Assembly: GCA_036004745.1 (NCBI GenBank)
Contig: DASYRD010000121.1
Coordinates: forward strand, 1-35,915
DNA from: Gemmatimonadales bacterium
Lineage (GTDB): Bacteria; Gemmatimonadota; Gemmatimonadetes; Gemmatimonadales; GWC2-71-9
DNA length: 35,915 nt
Reading direction: 5' to 3'
Shown here: in pieces, positions 35,201-35,915 of the stretch
Position numbering within the stretch: the first letter of the stretch is position 1
How the letters are laid out: each line of letters starts with the position of its first letter
Notes under the pieces: model-generated
The model's input: only the letters and a program-made list of their open reading frames with translations
The model's database searches: none
What the model was told of the DNA's origin: nothing
Made by a program: the position numbers and the translations under genes

Positions 35201-35754
35201 CGCCCGACCGTGGCAGCGGGCTCGGCATGGCGATGGTCTACGGTTTGATGAAGCAGCATCTGGGCTACGTGCTGGTGAACAGCACGCTGGGCGTCGGCAC
35301 CGAAGTGCGGTTGTACTTCCCTGTAAGCGCGCACCCTGTCGCCAAGGTGGTGACCGAGGCCTCGCTCCCGGTGCGCCCGCACGCGAAACAAACCATTCTG
35401 GTGGTGGAGGATCAGGAAGCGGTGCGGAGCGCCGCGACGCGGGGACTCAAGCGCTTCGGGTATAGTGTTTTTGCCGCCGCCGACGGCGAAGAAGGTCTGA
35501 AACTGTGGCACGAACATGCGGATACGATCGATCTCGTCGTGTCCGACATCATCATGCCGCGCATGGGGGGGCTCGCGCTGTATGAGGCGGTGAGTCGCGA
35601 GCGGGCGGGTGTCCGGTTCCTGCTGACGAGCGGGTTCACCGGTGAAGAAACACTGCAGCATACGGCCGTGACGCGGACGCTGCCGTTCTTGCCCAAGCCG
35701 TGGACCCTGCACGAGCTCTTAGCGGCGGTGCGGGAGGTGTTGCCGAAGGCTTAG
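32239..35754 (+). CDS. Hybrid sensor histidine kinase: signal peptide, periplasmic Reg_prop beta-propeller repeats + Y_Y_Y domain, transmembrane segment, HisKA, HATPase_c, C-terminal receiver (REC)
   Basis: AGGAAG Shine-Dalgarno. Signal MWWSPRWIVLALGFPTVAYAQ. Repeated ...G.LW.GT..GL..F.G... propeller motifs. Transmembrane segment WWFYVVVALTAVAVVLGGV. H-box GGIAHDLNNVLTAV. N/G boxes LANNGADAM and DNGTGM. REC motifs VVEDQ...DLVVSDIIMPRMGG...KPW. Confidence 0.9.
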   Translation: MWWSPRWIVLALGFPTVAYAQAGAPGLDPQRPISQYVHDIWTIDQGLPQNGILAIAQGRDGYLWLGTEAGLVRFDGVTFTTFTTATTSALKDDYVSAVVVDSSDDVFAGTWVGGVSRLGARASTVIPGAEGAFVNGLYRDRAGRLWAARTGGLLLLENGAFHPAAGVEGSVFSMAEDSSGLLLAGTRNGLIAWQGDRWVPWGTITGPVWTVYHDRADGWWFGTPDALYYSHGARLERLGAAAGLPPGGVTSILESRNGQLWVGTDGSGLARLVNRRFQRFAATDGLSDDAVTFLLEDREGSLWVGTRHGGLNRFRQPVFTLYTPREGLSSKVIWSVYGDRQGALWIGTEAGGLDRLQQGRFTNSMAGKSVVATLQTRDGALWAATRDGLAQLRGGRWEPMTFSGTHPTLSVSALTEDSSGALWLGGTDGLYRWKGGVLRDYTKEAGVEAAKVRAIVEDRDGILWIGTHGRGLLRLQNDRFTAYTTKEGLSNDVVESLFADEHGLWVGTEAGLNLVRGSGARITVLPLKFAVLMTDLFTIVKDDGGNLWLSSNQGLGMVSQRELLAAADSARGSVQVHEMVSLDGRRRIEFNGTSQNAGWKSPDGRLWFPSIKGLVVVDPAHLTSNPLPPPVHIEQIVVDGRAVPVSDTVSVPPGGGGLELHYTATSLLVPERVRFRYRLEGYDQDWVDAGTRRVAYYTRVPGGRYRFHVIAANNDGVWNEAGAALAFRLGLHFYETWWFYVVVALTAVAVVLGGVRLRVRNIEGRAQHLSELVDERTRELQLEIVERSRAEEGLRQAQKMEAVGRLAGGIAHDLNNVLTAVMAHVDLAVTSLPPGSDLHEDLSQAQGAARRGASMIRKLLGFSRRERLVLTPLHLEVLVADIVPSVQRMLPKIEVVVSWEKDLQPVAADAGAVQHMLLNLANNGADAMPNGGRLKIHLEPATPDEKQMAAAEFGAPGHYVVLSVRDNGTGMSPETLARIFEPYFTTKSPDRGSGLGMAMVYGLMKQHLGYVLVNSTLGVGTEVRLYFPVSAHPVAKVVTEASLPVRPHAKQTILVVEDQEAVRSAATRGLKRFGYSVFAAADGEEGLKLWHEHADTIDLVVSDIIMPRMGGLALYEAVSRERAGVRFLLTSGFTGEETLQHTAVTRTLPFLPKPWTLHELLAAVREVLPKA

Positions 35755-35755
35755 G

Positions 35756-35915
35756 CTACCGGTTCACCCGCGCGAGCCCCACTTCGTTGTCCTCCACCGT
35801 CGCCCCATCCACGTGCTGCACCCGTTCGGGCTTCATCATGTAGAGCTTCTCGGTCCAGTTCCGCCCGTCCTTGCTCTCCTGCTCCAGGCGAATGACATAG
35901 GTCTCCGGCGGTCCG
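35756..35915 (-). CDS. Hypothetical protein, C-terminal fragment (gene start lies beyond the window end)
   Basis: A minus-strand frame with strong GC3 bias reads ...GPPETYVIRLEQESKDGRNWTEKLYMMKPERVQHVDGATVEDNEVGLARVNR, with stop TAG at 35756-35758. The alternative frame lacks GC3 bias. Confidence 0.45.
   Translation of the reverse strand, partial: GPPETYVIRLEQESKDGRNWTEKLYMMKPERVQHVDGATVEDNEVGLARVNR

Noticed and set aside
31909-35712. Large antisense ORFs opposite the hybrid kinase (31909-33186, 33445-34542, 34543-35712 minus; 33750-35465 plus)
   Set aside because: No domain content and extreme Arg/Gly/Pro/His bias. The plus-strand kinase frame has coherent domain order from signal peptide to REC.

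Overview
This 35.9-kb window is high-GC (about 68-70%) and reads as chromosomal DNA from a Gram-negative bacterium; it is densely coding, and the phylum cannot be fixed from sequence (Gemmatimonadota/Acidobacteriota-like is a guess). There are no rRNA or tRNA genes, CRISPR arrays or transposase/integrase genes.

Gene order:
- 1-261: C-terminal end of an aldo-keto reductase, followed by a terminator hairpin.
- 384-1841: a di-haem cytochrome c peroxidase-like lipoprotein.
- 1996-3873 (minus strand): a Tat-exported FAD/NAD(P)-dependent oxidoreductase, convergent with the peroxidase.
- 4058-6839: a processive family-2 glycosyltransferase carrying the QxxRW motif, immediately followed by a membrane/TPR/beta-barrel protein resembling the PgaA/BcsC exopolysaccharide export porins.
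- 6876-7832: a nitrilase-superfamily carbon-nitrogen hydrolase.
- 7996-9471: an ankyrin-repeat protein.
- 9557-22053 (minus strand): five genes joined by 1-4-nt start/stop overlaps, which is the most striking feature. The first is a 2841-aa secreted, probably lipidated protein with about 24 tandem Big_1 (invasin/intimin-type) Ig-like domains, encoded by a very regular ~315-bp DNA repeat. The second is a Hanks-type Ser/Thr kinase with an N-terminal zinc ribbon, one transmembrane segment and an extracytoplasmic PEGA domain. The third is a secreted protein with two PEGA domains. The fourth is a membrane-anchored secreted protein. The fifth is a small outer-membrane beta-barrel. I read this as a candidate undescribed cell-surface/envelope signalling module.
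- 22244-28882: a divergently transcribed seven-gene operon, again with 4-nt overlaps. The genes are a D-aminoacylase-family amidohydrolase, a lactonase, an APC permease, RidA, a DSD1-like PLP enzyme, KdgK and Eda. Together they look like a catabolic route for an N-acetylated amino-sugar acid, such as oxidised chitin products (GlcNAc1A to GlcN1A to KDG to KDPG).
- 28879-35915: a DUF1801 protein, a YqiK-type flotillin, an F420-reductase-like oxidoreductase, a 1171-aa hybrid sensor kinase (Reg_prop/Y_Y_Y type, no DNA-binding output domain) and a C-terminal gene fragment.

Many long ORFs in the six-frame track are antisense or alternative-frame artefacts of the GC-rich DNA and were not called.
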